A DNA stretch of 64,000 nucleotides from contig OZ037837.1 in the NCBI GenBank assembly GCA_964035575.1, positions 1,736,001 through 1,800,000 on the forward strand. The letters run 5' to 3'. How positions within the stretch are numbered: position 1 is the stretch's first letter; the number at the start of each line of letters is the position of its first letter. The DNA comes from Rhynchopus sp. YZ270_cl-10. Taxonomy: Eukaryota. Below, one piece after another: positions 21,733 through 35,094 of this stretch. A model generated the notes under the pieces. It was not told the origin of the DNA and did not search any database. It saw nothing but the letters and a program-made list of their open reading frames with translations. Position numbers and translations under genes: made by a program.

Positions 21733-22766
21733 CTAATCGACACAAGGTGGTATCTGCACGTGAGATGTGCATTAGGAGTTGAGACGGAGAGAAGTGCACA
21801 GTCTGGGTGAGGACGATACCCCAACTGCGGACATACGACGGAAGGTGGCGTCTGCAGCAGCGTTGTGCGAAGACGGCTTTGGCATGAGCTTCGGAGGAAG
21901 GTCCTGTACGATGCAACAAACAACAAACGACGGCAATTTTCGTTTTTATTCGCTTTCTTTTCTTCTTCCTCACACTTTGTTACTGTGAAGAAAAATATTT
22001 TCGTTTCCCTCCCTCCCTCCCAATTTTGTGTCTTTTGCTTCAGTGTTCCATGCGTAGGGTCCGTAGCTGGCCTTAGTGGACCTGAACCAACCTCCTTCAA
22101 CCTTGGTCTTGATTTATCTCCTCTACTTTAGCAGCAAAAATCCTGCACTCCCTAGTCCCATCCTAGTCGGGTTTTCCTGGATGCGCAGGAAAAATGACTG
22201 AGGAGTGTTGGTGGTTCCGTGACGCCACAGAGCCGAAACCCTGTACAGACGAGCATTTAATTACCAGACCCCCAATCCTTAGTATGCATACTGTCCCCAC
22301 TCCTCTTATGCCTTTTAAAACAAACACAAAACACAAAATAGCAAAAACAAAGAGTACAAAACACAACAAAAAGCATCCACAAACCCCCCCCTTATGTTTT
22401 GTCACTCCACAATTCTTCACCACTTCCTGACCTGTATTCCAAAAATATATCCGTTTCGCTTGATCAGATCTCGACCGTTTGTTGCATTGCACGCTTCCAC
22501 ACTCCATGTTTGGCCAGGGCCTCTCCAGCGCGTCAGTTCCAAAAAAAACCCCCCCCTACCCCTCACCTCTATAGCATATTGAAATCGTAACACCTCAACA
22601 ACCCACCTCTCTCTCATTTTTTTTTACCTCTCCTTTTGGTGAATGAAACACCAAGGCTTCGATTTACTAAAGAAACCTCGCGCGATAAACTGGTTTACCT
22701 TATAAAACATTTCTTCTTTTTTTTTTTAAAACCCCCCTTTTCGTTGCATTGTGATCAAAATAAATA

Positions 22767-23633
22767 ATGGATGACAGCTCCAGCTCCCGCTCTCACTCCC
22801 GCTCCCGCTCGATCTCCAGCTCTGAGGAGAGGAGAGAAAACGAAGCAAACCCCGATACAGACGTGGACCAGACACATGACACCCTCCTTGGCGAGCCTTA
22901 TCCCATCGAGGTGCGCATACCACACTTACCACACTTAGAGCAAAGCTTTGTTCACATGGTGTCGGCTTCAGAGACTGTAGGAGGCCTGCGCGAGGCTATC
23001 ACACAGCAGACCCCTTTCAATGGCGTGGACATTTCGTTGTGTCTCGGATCTACGGCGGACGGCACCACCTCGCAGGCCCTGGATGATGATGCGACCCTGC
23101 TCCGTTCGGTCGCCCCTGTTAACAGTTGTGTGTGTGTTGCGTACTCCAATAAGAAAATTTTGAAGCGGATGACCGAAGAAGTGAAGCAGGGGAGAAAGCT
23201 GCGTGACTGTCCAGACTGGGCGAAGCAGGACGATACCATAGTGCGGACCGCAGTGGAGCAGCACGGTGCATCGCTCGGGTATGCGTGCAGGGCGTTGCGC
23301 GCGTCTAAGTCTATCGTCCTCCTCGCTGTCACGCAAGACAGCGCTGCCCTCAAATACGCCGCACCGTCACTCAGAAACGATCCCGACGTGATAGCTGCGG
23401 TGCAAAAGGCAGAAATAGAAGAAGCGTCACTACTAGATACAGAAAGCACGCCAGCAACGCGAGAAAGAGAATTCCCGGAAAATGACAAAGATGGTGATAA
23501 AGCAACCCCTCTCGAGTCCAAAGAACCCGAAAAACAGAGTGAAGAAACACTGAAAAACGCCCAAATATGCGCTTCGAATCCCACACCGTCGCTCGGAAGC
23601 GAGCCAGATGTGATGGCTTCTCAAAAGGAATAA
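22767..23633 (+). CDS. Ubiquitin-like domain + DUF4116-like repeat protein
   Basis: SASETVGGLREAI Ubl-like segment; DDTIVRTAVEQHGASLGYA / SIVLLAVTQDSAALKYAAPSLRND repeats. Confidence 0.7.
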   Translation: MDDSSSSRSHSRSRSISSSEERRENEANPDTDVDQTHDTLLGEPYPIEVRIPHLPHLEQSFVHMVSASETVGGLREAITQQTPFNGVDISLCLGSTADGTTSQALDDDATLLRSVAPVNSCVCVAYSNKKILKRMTEEVKQGRKLRDCPDWAKQDDTIVRTAVEQHGASLGYACRALRASKSIVLLAVTQDSAALKYAAPSLRNDPDVIAAVQKAEIEEASLLDTESTPATREREFPENDKDGDKATPLESKEPEKQSEETLKNAQICASNPTPSLGSEPDVMASQKE

Positions 23634-23900
23634 ACAGAAGCATCACCACCGATAGCAATTACAGAAGAAGGGACTCCAGAAGCGCGAGAAGCAAGAGAAT
23701 CCCCGGAAGATGACAAAAAATGGTGAGGAGGAAGCCACCCCTCTCGAGACCACAGAACCCGACGCAAAAACTTGAGTGAGGAAAACACCCTGAAAGACGG
23801 TGTCCAAATTGTGTGCCTCGAAAGCCCACCACCGTCGCTCAGAAGCGATCCAGATGCAGCAGCTGTGCAACAGGCGGAAAATAGAAGAACCTCCAGAAAT
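23634..23900 (+). repeat. Degenerate tandem copy of the 3' ~240 bp of the DUF4116 gene
   Basis: CCCGGAA.ATGACAAA, CCCCTCTCGAG, CACCGTCGCTC.GAAGCGA.CCAGATG repeated with indels. Confidence 0.65.
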
Positions 23901-25290
23901 TTTCAAACTCGCAAACCCGGGTAGCAACTTCCGCCAAACGCCGCAAGATGCAACCCAAACTCGGTTCAAAATTAGGCGATGTGACGAGAAATCTAGATAC
24001 TATTCCTGTGTTGAAAAAGTGTAAAGTCGTCGAAAAAACAAGATGTGAAAAAAGGGTCGGGAAAAGATGTGGAGGTTCGTTTGTGTATGTTGTGGGGGAA
24101 GAGACGCGATACGTTGGGTAGGGAGCAAAAAAGCAAGAATTTATTCTGCTGAAAATAAGGTGATTTTTGTGTCCCTGTCCATCCTCCCCCCCCCTCCCCT
24201 TCCAACCTTCAGCTCCGCTGAAGTGGTGCTCCTCAAGAATCAAAAAAAGGGTATAAGCATTCATTTTTGGAATAGTATTATCTAGCTCTCTCAAGGCATA
24301 GCCACAGCTCCTTACCTTCGTACTTGAGAGAAGGTTTATATTTGGGAGCGTCCGCGAAAGACCCCCCCCTAAAGCTAACATCCATGCTTATTGGTATTTC
24401 ACTAATTAAAATTTTGGTATTTTATAAGATTTTTTTTTACAATGAACTCAGAGTTAAGTTTCTGAGTTCATTAAAAAAAAAATCGGTGAAAAATTCCGAG
24501 TAGGTATTAATTTAGATAGGAAAAGCTATGTCAGCAGCTATGTGTCCCCTTATTTTACCTGTAAATACTAAGGATATAGGAAGGAATTCACTAATATCTG
24601 TCTCTAAACCCATTATCAAAAAGGGGGGGAGGAAAGGGGGGTGGAGGCTTGTCGCCCCCTCCGAACACTCTAAATAGAGCGCGAAAGAGCTTCACGCTCC
24701 GGGTCGTCTGCGGCGATGTCGACTTTCTCGCAGAAAACCCCCTTTTTTGAGTGACCCTATTGACCTCCGTGATGAGTCTCTCCAAGAGTTGCAGACAATT
24801 GTCCGCCTGTTCCTCCTCTTCCTCCTCCGTCTCGCTGTCACTGTCCTGAGGGTGTCGCTGATGCAACTACAGGAGTAGTAAACGGCGGACACCCCTTTTC
24901 TCCTGGTGGTTGTCTTCTGCATATGGAGGGACATATGCTTCGAGCTACACACCTCGCGCATCCAGCTCCTCGCGCCCCACCCTTTGCCCCCCTGCCAGTG
25001 GACCCCTGCATACACCTGCAGCTCGGCGAAGTTTTTTAGGCCTCGGAAAGGCCGGGTTTTCAGCTCCTGAGCGAATGCTTTGGCTGGTGATTACATTTCC
25101 CCCTGTTGTGTTGTTTGGTGGTTATATGGGTGTTTGTGAGGATTTCCTTGTATATCCTTAGTATTTACAGGTAAAATAAGGGGACACATAGCTGTTGACA
25201 TAGCTTTTCCTATCTAAATTAATACCTACTCGGAATTTTTCACCGATTTTTTTTTTAATGAACTCAGAAACTTAACTCTGAGTTCATTTA

Positions 25291-25688
25291 TAGGGGAGCC
25301 TATACCGGTAATTTTGGCTCCTTTTGATTTTAAATTGAAATTTCTAAGTCTTTTTTGACCTACGACCCCGGCAATGCATTTTTTGGGACTCTGTGGACTC
25401 AACTGAGCAAAAATTTAGACAAAATGCTGCCCGTTGGCACATTTAAACGCACATTTTGTTGAAAATTGTCATTTTACACTGGATTTGCCTTTGCCATTTT
25501 CAGTTTTTTTGCAGATTTTTTTCAAAAAAAAAATTGAAGAAAAAAGGCTCAAAAGTGCCTGAAACCCGGCGGAAAGTGATTTTTGGTGAGGTATATAGGG
25601 TAGTTTCATCTATTTTTGGGGTTTTTTGCCGAAAGGCGCCAAATTTTCCGAGCCAAATGAAGGAATAGCCGATGCATAGGCTCCCCTA
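25291..25688. mobile_element. MITE with TAGGG termini and 7-bp TSD
   Basis: TIR TAGGGGAGCCTAT; TCATTTA at 25284-25290 and 25689-25695. Confidence 0.82.
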
Positions 25689-25704
25689 TCATTTAAAAAA
25701 AAAA

Positions 25705-27783
25705 GGGTGAAAGTCAAATGTATACACATATACACAGGGTTATAGTCAGATCTATACACTCATTGTATATACAATTGTCAATTGTACATACAATTGTATA
25801 GAAATTGTATAGATCTGACTATTTGATGTACAATCCCAACTTTTTTTATAGTCAGATCTATACAATTTATGTACAATCCCAGTATACACTAGGTCGTACA
25901 CAAATCCCTACCCATAGTGGAAAACAGTTTAGAGTACACCCACCCACCTACCCACCTACCCACACACACACCCACCCCTACAGGACTATACACAAAAAAT
26001 GGAAATTGGGTTTCGCACACCCGATTTTTCTCAGAAGTCAGTCACTGCTATTGCCATTTAACCCAGGGAGCATAGCTAGTGCAAGAAATTCGACTTTGGA
26101 AACCTTCCGGAAAGTCTGTCCTCTGCTTGCGGAGGACTAGACACAAGAAAATATTGCGTTCCCCCAGAAAACCAGCGCACATTTCACACTCCTTGTGGGT
26201 GGTCTTGTTGCCTTTTCCTCATAGTAATTTTGGCCCAGGCATGCTCTTAAAGCATGACAATTTAGTGTGTATGGGGCAGGGTGTTGTTTTGTTCTGAATT
26301 CTCTTTGTTATAACATCTAAGTCAATCGCGGGTGGTGGTTTGTGTAGCGTGAGGCACTCTTTTTAGCAAACTTCCTGCGGCTGCTAAAGTGTTATTTCTT
26401 CGGATTTAACAACGTACAGCGTAACATAGTGGTTTCGCCTGGTCGACACAACCTTTGATAGATACGGGATAACCAACCCCCTTCGACCCCTCGTGGGTTC
26501 ACTGAACAAGCCCTCGTGGTAGTTAAACGCGATTGACATTTACATTCCTAGAGATGAAAGAACAAGATAACACTTCTGTACCCGCGCATCAAAATTGTGG
26601 AAAACTTTGCACCCCAAACACCCTCAACAACGCCCGCCAAAAGGCGCCCCTTGTTTCTGGGAGTTGTTCTCATGTTTGATACCTGCACAGCGGGCATTCC
26701 TCTGAGTCCAACGCATGTTTGGCCTGTCTGCGGCGTTGTACTTCAGGTACACGAAGACAGGGTCTGGTGGTAAATTTTGCGTAGTGTCGCATTCCCTCAT
26801 GTGTGGGTCACTCACACTTGCCGTCATGTGCCACTGCGTGGGTTTGGGAATTTGGGTACCTGGGTACAGGATATTTGTTGTGAAAGACATCTTCCACCAT
26901 GCATTGAGGAGGGTAAGACAGTGCTCGCATTTTACTTGAAATCATTACAACATTTAACTTCTCCACGGGGGTCTTGGGCCGTTCATTCGGTTATACCTTG
27001 ACTAGCGGCAGAGGCCTTTTAGGACTCTATAACTCCGATATTCCCGAACGGAGGCACACTTTGTGTGTTACTACGACCTGGCAATTTCCAGCAGTAGGTT
27101 AAGTAATGTTTTCTTGTGAATTGTTGGATCATTATCTCCTCAGTGCATGAATGCCCCACGCGACGGACACTTTTGTGTTTGTCAAGTGGACTGTCTGGTC
27201 ACTTCTCAGTGACTGGCGGGTTGGCTGTGGTTGCTCTTTCACGACTTTTATCCTTGTATCCAGTGTACCGTGTACCTGGGTACCTGGGTACCTGGGTACC
27301 TGGGTACCTGGGTACCTGGGTACCTGGGTACCTGGGTACCTGGGTACCTGGGTACCTGGGTACCTGGGTACCTGGGTACCTGGGTACCTGGGTACCTGGG
27401 TACCTGGGTACCTGGGTACCTGGGTACCTGGGTACCTGGGTACCTGGGTACCTGGGTACCTGGGTACCTGGGTACCTGGGTACCTGGGTACCTGGGTACC
27501 TGGGTATGGCGTGTACAATCTCCCTCGAGTGTACAATCCAAAAATTGTATAGATCTGACTTTTGTATAGTCAAATCTATACAATTTGTGTACGACCTAGT
27601 GTATACTGGGATTGTACATAAATTGTATAGATCTGACTATAAAAAAAGTTGGGATTGTACATCAAATAGTCAGATCTATACAATTTCTATACAATTGTAT
27701 GTACAATTGACAATTGTATATACAATGAGTGTATAGATCTGACTATAACCCTGTGTATATGTGTATACATTTGACTTTCACCC
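25705..27783. mobile_element. MULE-like non-autonomous element 1 with cargo
   Basis: ~200-bp TIR starting GGGTGAAAGTCAAATGTATACAC; flanked by A-runs consistent with a 9-bp TSD. Confidence 0.82.
27272..27506. repeat. Tandem 8-mer (GGGTACCT)n, about 29 copies
   Basis: Perfect array; 5 copies also at 55156-55195 and 2 at ~26853 and ~29367. Confidence 0.95.
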
Positions 27784-27891
27784 AAAAAAAAATCTTATAA
27801 AATACCAAAATTTTAATTAGTGAAATACCAATAAGCATGGATGTTAGCTTTAGGGGGGGGTCTTTCGCGGACGCTGCCATTTTAGTTTTTT

Positions 27892-30081
27892 GAGAAAAGT
27901 TCGATTTCGGCCTCGAAAATACCCGTGACACCGATTTGTCACGGTACTTTGTCACGGAATTTTTTTGAAAGATTCGATTTCGTGACAAAAAAAGTTCGAT
28001 TTCGTGACAAGCCGATTTTTTCATTGACACACAAAATTCAAGTTAGTGACAAATGACTTTTTTCATTGACAAAAAAAATTTCGATTTCGTGACAAATCCA
28101 TTTTTTCATTGACAAAAAAATGTCATTGAAAAAAATGGATTTTGTCAAGGAAAAAGTCGTGACAGCCAACCCGCCAGTCACTGAAAAGTGACCAGACAGC
28201 CACTTGACAAACACAAAAGAGGCCATTCTTGAGCTGTCTAGAAACCTAAGGGCAGAGACTGAAGACACAAGGTATGATAACTTTATGATTATGCAAGACT
28301 TAGTATATCGCGAACACGGTCAGGCTTGCACGCCTCTGGCCAGAGGCCAGCCCCACTAAATGATATGCAGCAGACACTCATTGCAGATTTCATTTTCATT
28401 CGGTAAAAAATTAATGGGTGCGCAAGTTTCTATACCTAATACCCCAACCCTCACCCATACATTCCATTACACACACCAAAACAGATCGAATCCACCAGCG
28501 CATGCGACGGAAGCAGATTCAGATTGTGGTTTGATAAGCAGAGTTCGGTTATTATGGTGGTGGAAAGGGGGGTGGGAACACTTTGTCAGTCACTGCTATA
28601 GCCATTAACCAGGGAGCATAGCTAGTGCAAGAAATTCGACTTTGGAAACCTTCCGGAAAGTCTGTCCTCTGCTTCCGGAGGACTAGACACAAGAAAATAT
28701 TGTTTGTTCCCCCAGAAAACCAGTGCACAATTCACACTCCTTGTGGGTGGTCTTGTTGCCTTTTCGTCATAGTAATTTTGGCCCAGGCATGCTCTCGAAG
28801 CATGACAATTTAGTGTGTATGGGGCAGGGTGTTGTTTTGTTCTGAATTCTCTTTGTTATAACATCTAAGTCAATCGCGGGTGGTGGTTTGTGTAGCGTGA
28901 GGCACTCTTTTTAGCAAACTTCCTGCGGCTGCTAAAGTGTTATTTCTTCGGATTTAACAACGTACAGCGTAACATAGTGGTTTAGCCTGGTCGACACAAC
29001 CTTTGATAGATACGGGATAACCAACCCCCTTCGACCCCTTGTGGGTTCACTGAACAAGCCCTAGTGGTAGTTAAACGCGATTGACATTTACATTTCCTAG
29101 AGATGAAAGAACAAGATAACACTTCTGTACCCGCGCATCAAAATTGTGGAAAACTTTGCACCCCAAACACCCTCAACAACGCCCGCCAAAAGGCGCCCCT
29201 TGTTGCTGGGAGTTGGTTCTCATGTTTGATACACTGCACAGCAGGCATTCCTCTGAGTCCAACGCATGTTTGGCCTGTCTGCGGCGTTGTACTTAAGGTG
29301 CACGAAGACAGGGTCTGGTGGTAAATTTTGCGTAGTACTGCGACGTGGTACTGCGTGGGTCTGGGAACCTGGTACCTGGGTACAGGATATTTGTTGTAAA
29401 GATATCTTCCACCATGCATTGAGGAGGGTAAGACAGTGTTCGCAGTTTCTACCTGATAGCATTACACATTTAACTTCTCCACGGGGGTCTTGGGCCGTTC
29501 ATTCGGTTATACCTTGACTACCGGAAGATATTCTTGAGGCCTTTTTGGTCTCTAGAATATCCGGTCTTCCCGAACGGAGGCACACTTCGTGTGTTACTAC
29601 GACCTGGCAATTTCCAGCAGTAGGTTAAGTAATCTTTCTTGTAAATTGTTGGATCATTATCTCCTCAGTACATGCATGCCCCACGTGACTGGACACTTTT
29701 GTGTTTGTCATGTGGAGCTGTGGTTGCTCTTTCACGACTTTTATCCTTGTATCCAGTGTACCCAGTACCCAGTGCCCTGTCACGACTTTTTCCGTGACAA
29801 AAAGTTTGGTTTCCTTGACAAAATCCATTTCTGTCACGACTTCTTCCGTGACAAAAAGTTCGGTTTCCTTGACAAAATCCATTTTTTCATTGACATTTTT
29901 TTGTCACTGAATTTTTGGATTTGTCACGAAATCGAATTTTTTTTGTCAATGAAAAAATCGGTTTGTCACGAAATCGATTTTTTTTTGTCACGAAATCGAA
30001 TCTTTCAAAAAAATTCTGTGACAAAATTCCGTGACAAATCGGTGTCACGGTAATTTTCGAGGCCGAAATCGAACTTTTCTC
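27892..30081. mobile_element. MULE-like non-autonomous element 2 with cargo
   Basis: ~270-bp TIR starting GAGAAAAGTTCGATTTCGGCCTCG; 9-bp TSD TAGTTTTTT at 27883-27891 and 30082-30090. Confidence 0.88.
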
Positions 30082-30878
30082 TAGTTTTTTTTAACCAAAA
30101 GAAAACCGACGCAGGAGCTTTTCTTGGAACTGTTTTATTCTCCTCACCCCAACAACAACATCACATTCAGAAAAACACTGTTTTTTCGTTTGGTCGCATA
30201 CTGCGAGTTTTCCTGGATGCGCAGGAAAAATGACTGGGGAGTGTTGGTGGCTCCGTGACGCCACAGAGCCGGCACACTTCGTTGAGTGCCTCACAAAACC
30301 TAAAAATTACTTATTTGCTTTTATCTATTGTCTTCACGCTTTATCGTTGTTGTTGGGGTGGGAAATAAAATGAGACCACTTTTTGTGTGGTGATGCAATG
30401 CCTGCACGCACAGAGACGTTTGTACAACAATATTTTCTCCTTTTTCCCCCATATTTTTCACCCCCCCAGACCCCCCTGCAGCGTGCTTCGCACGTCAGTT
30501 ATTCAAATGTCTTTCTCCTCTCTCTCTTTCTCGCCCGATCCTATTTTCCTACCCCTGTTGATGAGAGTATGCAAAGGTACAGTGAGACAACAAACATCGG
30601 GTAAAAACACTGATAGGGTAAAAAACTAAGGTGTATTTTGGGATTTCAAAACTCTAAGGAGAGGTTTTTTTTACCTCCACCGGTGTTTGTTGTCTGACTG
30701 CAATGCATAATGCAGTCCTTTATCTAATCCCACATAGTCCACATAGCAGTTCTGGAAGAGCGGGCCACTTTTAACATAATCAGTCCTATTCGTGGTCCTT
30801 TACCCCCCCCCCCTTTGGGTCGGTGAACCGGAAATTTTGGAAAAAGGGGGGTAAAATAAGGGGGGGGGGGGGGGGGGG

Positions 30879-33800
30879 CAGAGTCCGCGGAACACCCCCG
30901 TTCACCCCGTCCCGGACGGGGGTCAATTATTTTCCAAAAACCGACCCCCGTCCCGACCCCCGTCCAGGGACGGGGGTTTTGGGTTTTTTTTTTGGGTGTT
31001 TTTTTTGGGGGGAGGGGGGTTTGGGAGGGGGAAATTTTATTTTTCCTGCCTCAGTAGGTGATTGTCGATACAAAAAAAAAAAGGAAAAAGGGTTTGGGAG
31101 CCTCAGCCCCGCAGGGGTTTTTTGTAGTTTCGACAATCGCCTGTACATCGACATCCCTTTCCCATGTACAATACTTAACAGAAAAATCAAAAAAGAATAA
31201 TAATAATAATGTCCGGCCGGCCGACAAAGCGGATGCAAGCTTTGGCAAGGCTGGGAAAGAGGGAGAAGGGGTCACTGCCGGCCATGTTGCAGCAGGCGAA
31301 GAGGAAGGCCGATCAGATGAAGGCTGCATCAGCGACAGAAGCCATGTCACAACTTGACGCCAGCGTGGCAATGCAGGTCGGTGGCGATGGCGATGACGAT
31401 GACGAAGATGAAGATGAAGTGCCAGCTACAGGTGTTAAAGCCTCCGTGAGCGACTTTGTGTTGCAGCCCCCTTCCGTTGCCGTCACATCTACGGAGACTG
31501 CGCCTGTTGCTATTACAGAGGAGACTGCGCCTGTTGCTACTACAGAGGAGACTGCGCCTGCTGCTACTACAGAGGAGACTGCGCCTGTTGCTACCGCCAT
31601 GCAGATAGATGTTGATGCTACGACCGACGTCCCAGATGCGGCTTCTGCGACAGGTTCAGGTGATCGTACTCGTCTTGCGTCTGATGTGTCAAGCTCCAAT
31701 CGTGCAGCGAAGAAGCGAAAAGTACGGACGTACCAGGAATCGTGGGAGAGCCAGTTCAAGTGGCTCTGCAAGGACGAACTTGGGATGACGTGCAAGCACT
31801 GCGAGTGGTTCTTCGTGAAGGAGAAGAAGGGAACGATGCCTACAAATGTTCAGCACGCGTTCACTTCCAAAAGACCACTGAACAACTGGAACACTGCACT
31901 TGATGCAATAAAATCGCATCATAAGGCGGAGTATCATGTTACTGCTGAACGTGAGCATGCGAAGTTCCTGGTTAACAGTAAGAAGCCCGCCGCGCCCACC
32001 TCCTCCATCGCTGCACAGCTTGACATGGCGAGTGAAAACACGAAGGAGAAGAACCTGGAAGGGCTCATTAGCCTGATCAAGTGTGTGCACTACAACGCTC
32101 GACGTATGCACGCCATTGAGGAGTTGCAAGAGCACGTGATCTACGTGGCTGAGGAGCAGGGGTGCGCCAGTTTGCAGCGGCATTTAGCTGAGCCGCCGAC
32201 TTACCTCGGCACGGCAGAGTCTCGCCAATTACTGGAGTCAGTGTCGATGGTTACGACAGAGGACTTGCTACTGTGCATCCAGCAGTCTCCCTGGTGGTCT
32301 TTGATGTGCGATGAGAGCAAGGACATCGCCCAGTGTGCAGAGTGTGCTCTTTGTGTTCGCTACATCGACGTAGAGGAGGGGGAGGTTCGCGAGTGCTTCC
32401 TGTCCTTGCTCCCCATGAACAACGGCACATCAGAGGAGTATGAGAGGGTACTCTTGGGGGCGGTACGCGACCTTGGTTTAAATCCGAAAAGGATGATTGC
32501 TATCGGATTGGATGGGACAGCGTCGATGTCTGGGAAAAAGAGGGGGCTGCAGAAGAGGCTACGCGTGAGAATGAACCTGCACGCGAAGTACTTCTGGTGT
32601 ACGTGCCACCAGTTTGTGCTGAAGCCAAAGGGGGCGACGAAGGCCGTGCCGTGCCTGGATGCGGCGATCGCCATGGAGTCGAAGCTGTACTCCTGGTTCA
32701 ACGCCAGCAGCGTTCGTGTGACGGACTGGATGAAGTTCCAGAAAGGAGTTGGAATCGACAAGCCACGCAAGGTACTGGAACCCCATGAGATTCGGTGGAT
32801 CCAGAATGCCAGATGTTTGGATAACATCACGGCAGTGTACCGCCCTCTGGTGCGGTTCCTTAGAGCAAAGACCGCTGATCTGTCAGCGAAGCTCATGGAA
32901 CCCGCCATGGTAAAGAGCGTGCATCTGCTTGCAGATGTCGAGGATGCCAACAGCTCGTTGGTCTCAACACTCCAGGTATGGCCCAAATCAATTCCCTTTA
33001 TCGTTTATTTTATTTCATTCCACAGGACCGCAGCCTGAGCGTGTTTGATCTGGTCGACGTGTTCGACCAGTACCTGCACACTATCCGCGAACTGCGTGAT
33101 AATCCTGCGATATCAGGACAGGTGTACCCCACGTGGCCAGAGGTGCTGGCCGACGTAAATGCGGAGGCATTGGACGAAGACCTGGAATTTAACCCATTCC
33201 ACGAAATCGTCGCCTCCCCCTACCTCACCCGCCTCATTGAAGAGACTGAGGGCGTGATTTGTGATGTGCCCTTTTTGTCTAAATTTAAATTTTTTTCCCC
33301 TAGACATTTCCCCAGGGACACATCACAATTACTACTTTTTGGGGCAAAAGAGCTAGACGACCTGTTGTCGTGGTACACTAGCGGCGTGACAGATTTTTTT
33401 TACAGTGGCACCTCCTCCGACCCCTGCACTGAGGACCGAAAGGTGTCAGGCACACATGGAGGTTACGACTTCGATCTCGCCCGTATCAAGGCGGAGTTCA
33501 TTGTTTACAAAGACACGTTTTCTACTTTGTCTGACACGACAGTGCCTGACATTTATAAAATAATGAAAAAAAAAAAACTCTTCCCTCATTTGAGAGAAAT
33601 TATTGAAATTTTTCTTGTTTTCCCCGTGAGCAACGCTGAATGTGAGAGAGTCATATCAGCTATGAATCAAATAAAAACTAATCAGCGGAAATTGCTTTCA
33701 TCCGACAACCTGAACGGGAACATGCGTATTGCTCTGCATGCCCGTGGGAAGGGCAGAGTGTTTTCTGCGCCTGGGAAGGAGGTCAAGAGATTCGATAAAC

Positions 33801-34192
33801 GTCTGTCCCACAACCAGTGTCTGCGAGCAGTGAAGCGATTTTATACCGCTTACACGAATGCGTCAGGGTGCCAAATTAATCGCGCACTGCGTATCCCTGA
33901 CCATGTTGTCACGTCAGTGTATCCGCCTTTCTAAGTTTTTTACCCCAACCCCAACCCCACCACCACCCCCCCCGTATACCGAATGTAAAATCATCAAAGA
34001 ACATATGACCCCCCTCCCCCCGTCATTTTTTCACTTTCAGCAGGAGAAAAAGCCTCCCTTTCGTATTTCTGGCTTGTCCTCGGGGAAAGCTCGGGAGAGG
34101 TTTTTTTTTGTTTTTTTTTTTGTGTTTTTTGGGCGGGACGGGGGTTGGAAGGGGGTGCATAATTAATTTTCGGGGGAGGTCCGCGGGCTCTG
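30879..34192 (+). mobile_element. Autonomous hAT transposon
   Basis: TIR CAGAG(T/C)CCGCGGA; flanked by G-runs consistent with a G8 TSD; encodes a transposase. Confidence 0.9.
31209..33934 (+). CDS. hAT transposase (ZNF862-like), 891 aa; exons 31209-32975 and 33026-33934
   Basis: 50-nt GTATGG..CACAG intron restores the frame (..STLQ|DRSL..); TTF-type finger, MCDESKD, LDGTASM, CTCH, IRW, PVSNAECERVIS. Confidence 0.9.
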
Positions 34193-35094
34193 GGGGGGGG
34201 GTTAGGGGCGGTCATATGTATGTGAGAAAGTGACATTTTTCAAAATGTTGTCAAAAGCGATTCTAAGGTAAAAAAAAGTAGAAAATCCACCCCACAGGCC
34301 CAAAAAAATGTGGTGTGCCCCGTTTTCCACCCTTTTTGTGCCTCTCAGGGGCCCAAATCACAGTTTTTTAAAAACTGTCCCCTTATGGTACCTGAGTGCC
34401 CCCCTGGTTTGCCCCTTCAGGTTGACTATGGACAGAAAACACCCCAATATGGCCCAGAACATAGAGCAAAGGGTATATTTCACCCCCAAAACCCCACAGG
34501 AGACCCACAAAACCGTAACTGGGGTGTTTCGTGACTCCTGTTGGTGCTCAAACCTCATAAAACCTGAAACACCGGTCAGACAGTGAAAATAGGCCAAAAC
34601 AGGCCAAAATAGCCTGAAAATGGCCTAAAATGGCCAAAAAACACCCAAAAAAGCCATATTTTCCCTCAAAAACACCCGGAAAGTCGCAGAAACCCGATTC
34701 CAGGGTGGTTCTGGGCACCTGTGGGGGCTCATACCCCATAGAATGTCAAAAATATGGTGTAAATGTGGTTTTTTTTTTTTTTTTTTTAATCTGTATTCTG
34801 TAACCTCTCTCTATTTTACGGCAGGTGTGACCGGTTGAGGTGATACTTCCGGACTGAGGAAGGGCATTCTTTTACTTTTTTTTTCTGTGTGTTTGTTTTC
34901 TTGTTGTAGTCTTTTTTGGTGAAGGGGCTTGGCCGACGACACTGAGAACCTCTTTGGTTCATAGCTGTTAACGACGTCTGGTCCTACCTAGCTGTACACT
35001 CTAATTCTAAAAATAAAATAAAATAAAACCAATAGGCAAAGGGGGAGGGGGGAGGCTAAAAGCCAAACAAAAGTAAAGAATGAAAAAGAAAAAC

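Larger units (their letters stand above)
24344..27878. mobile_element. Long-TIR element (Sola-like 4-bp TSD), right TIR split by two nested insertions
   Basis: TIR ~235 bp starting GGGAGCGTCCGCGAAAGACC; right arm in pieces at 25151-25290, 25689-25704 and 27784-27878; ATTT at 24340-24343 and 27879-27882. Confidence 0.82.

Noticed and set aside
26036..26300. Fanzor/TnpB remnant in the shared cargo (minus-strand CEMC...ERNIFL)
   Set aside because: No DRD or other RuvC motifs, stop codons nearby, and the Cys pair is missing in the third copy
27116..27736. ORFs with VPGYLGTW repeats, or a CRISPR array
   Set aside because: Translation artefact of a spacerless 8-bp tandem repeat; eukaryotic context, no cas genes
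30568..30709. Small imperfect inverted repeat (CAGT.AGACAACAAACA.CGG), possible old MITE
   Set aside because: Ends too degenerate to define TIRs or a TSD
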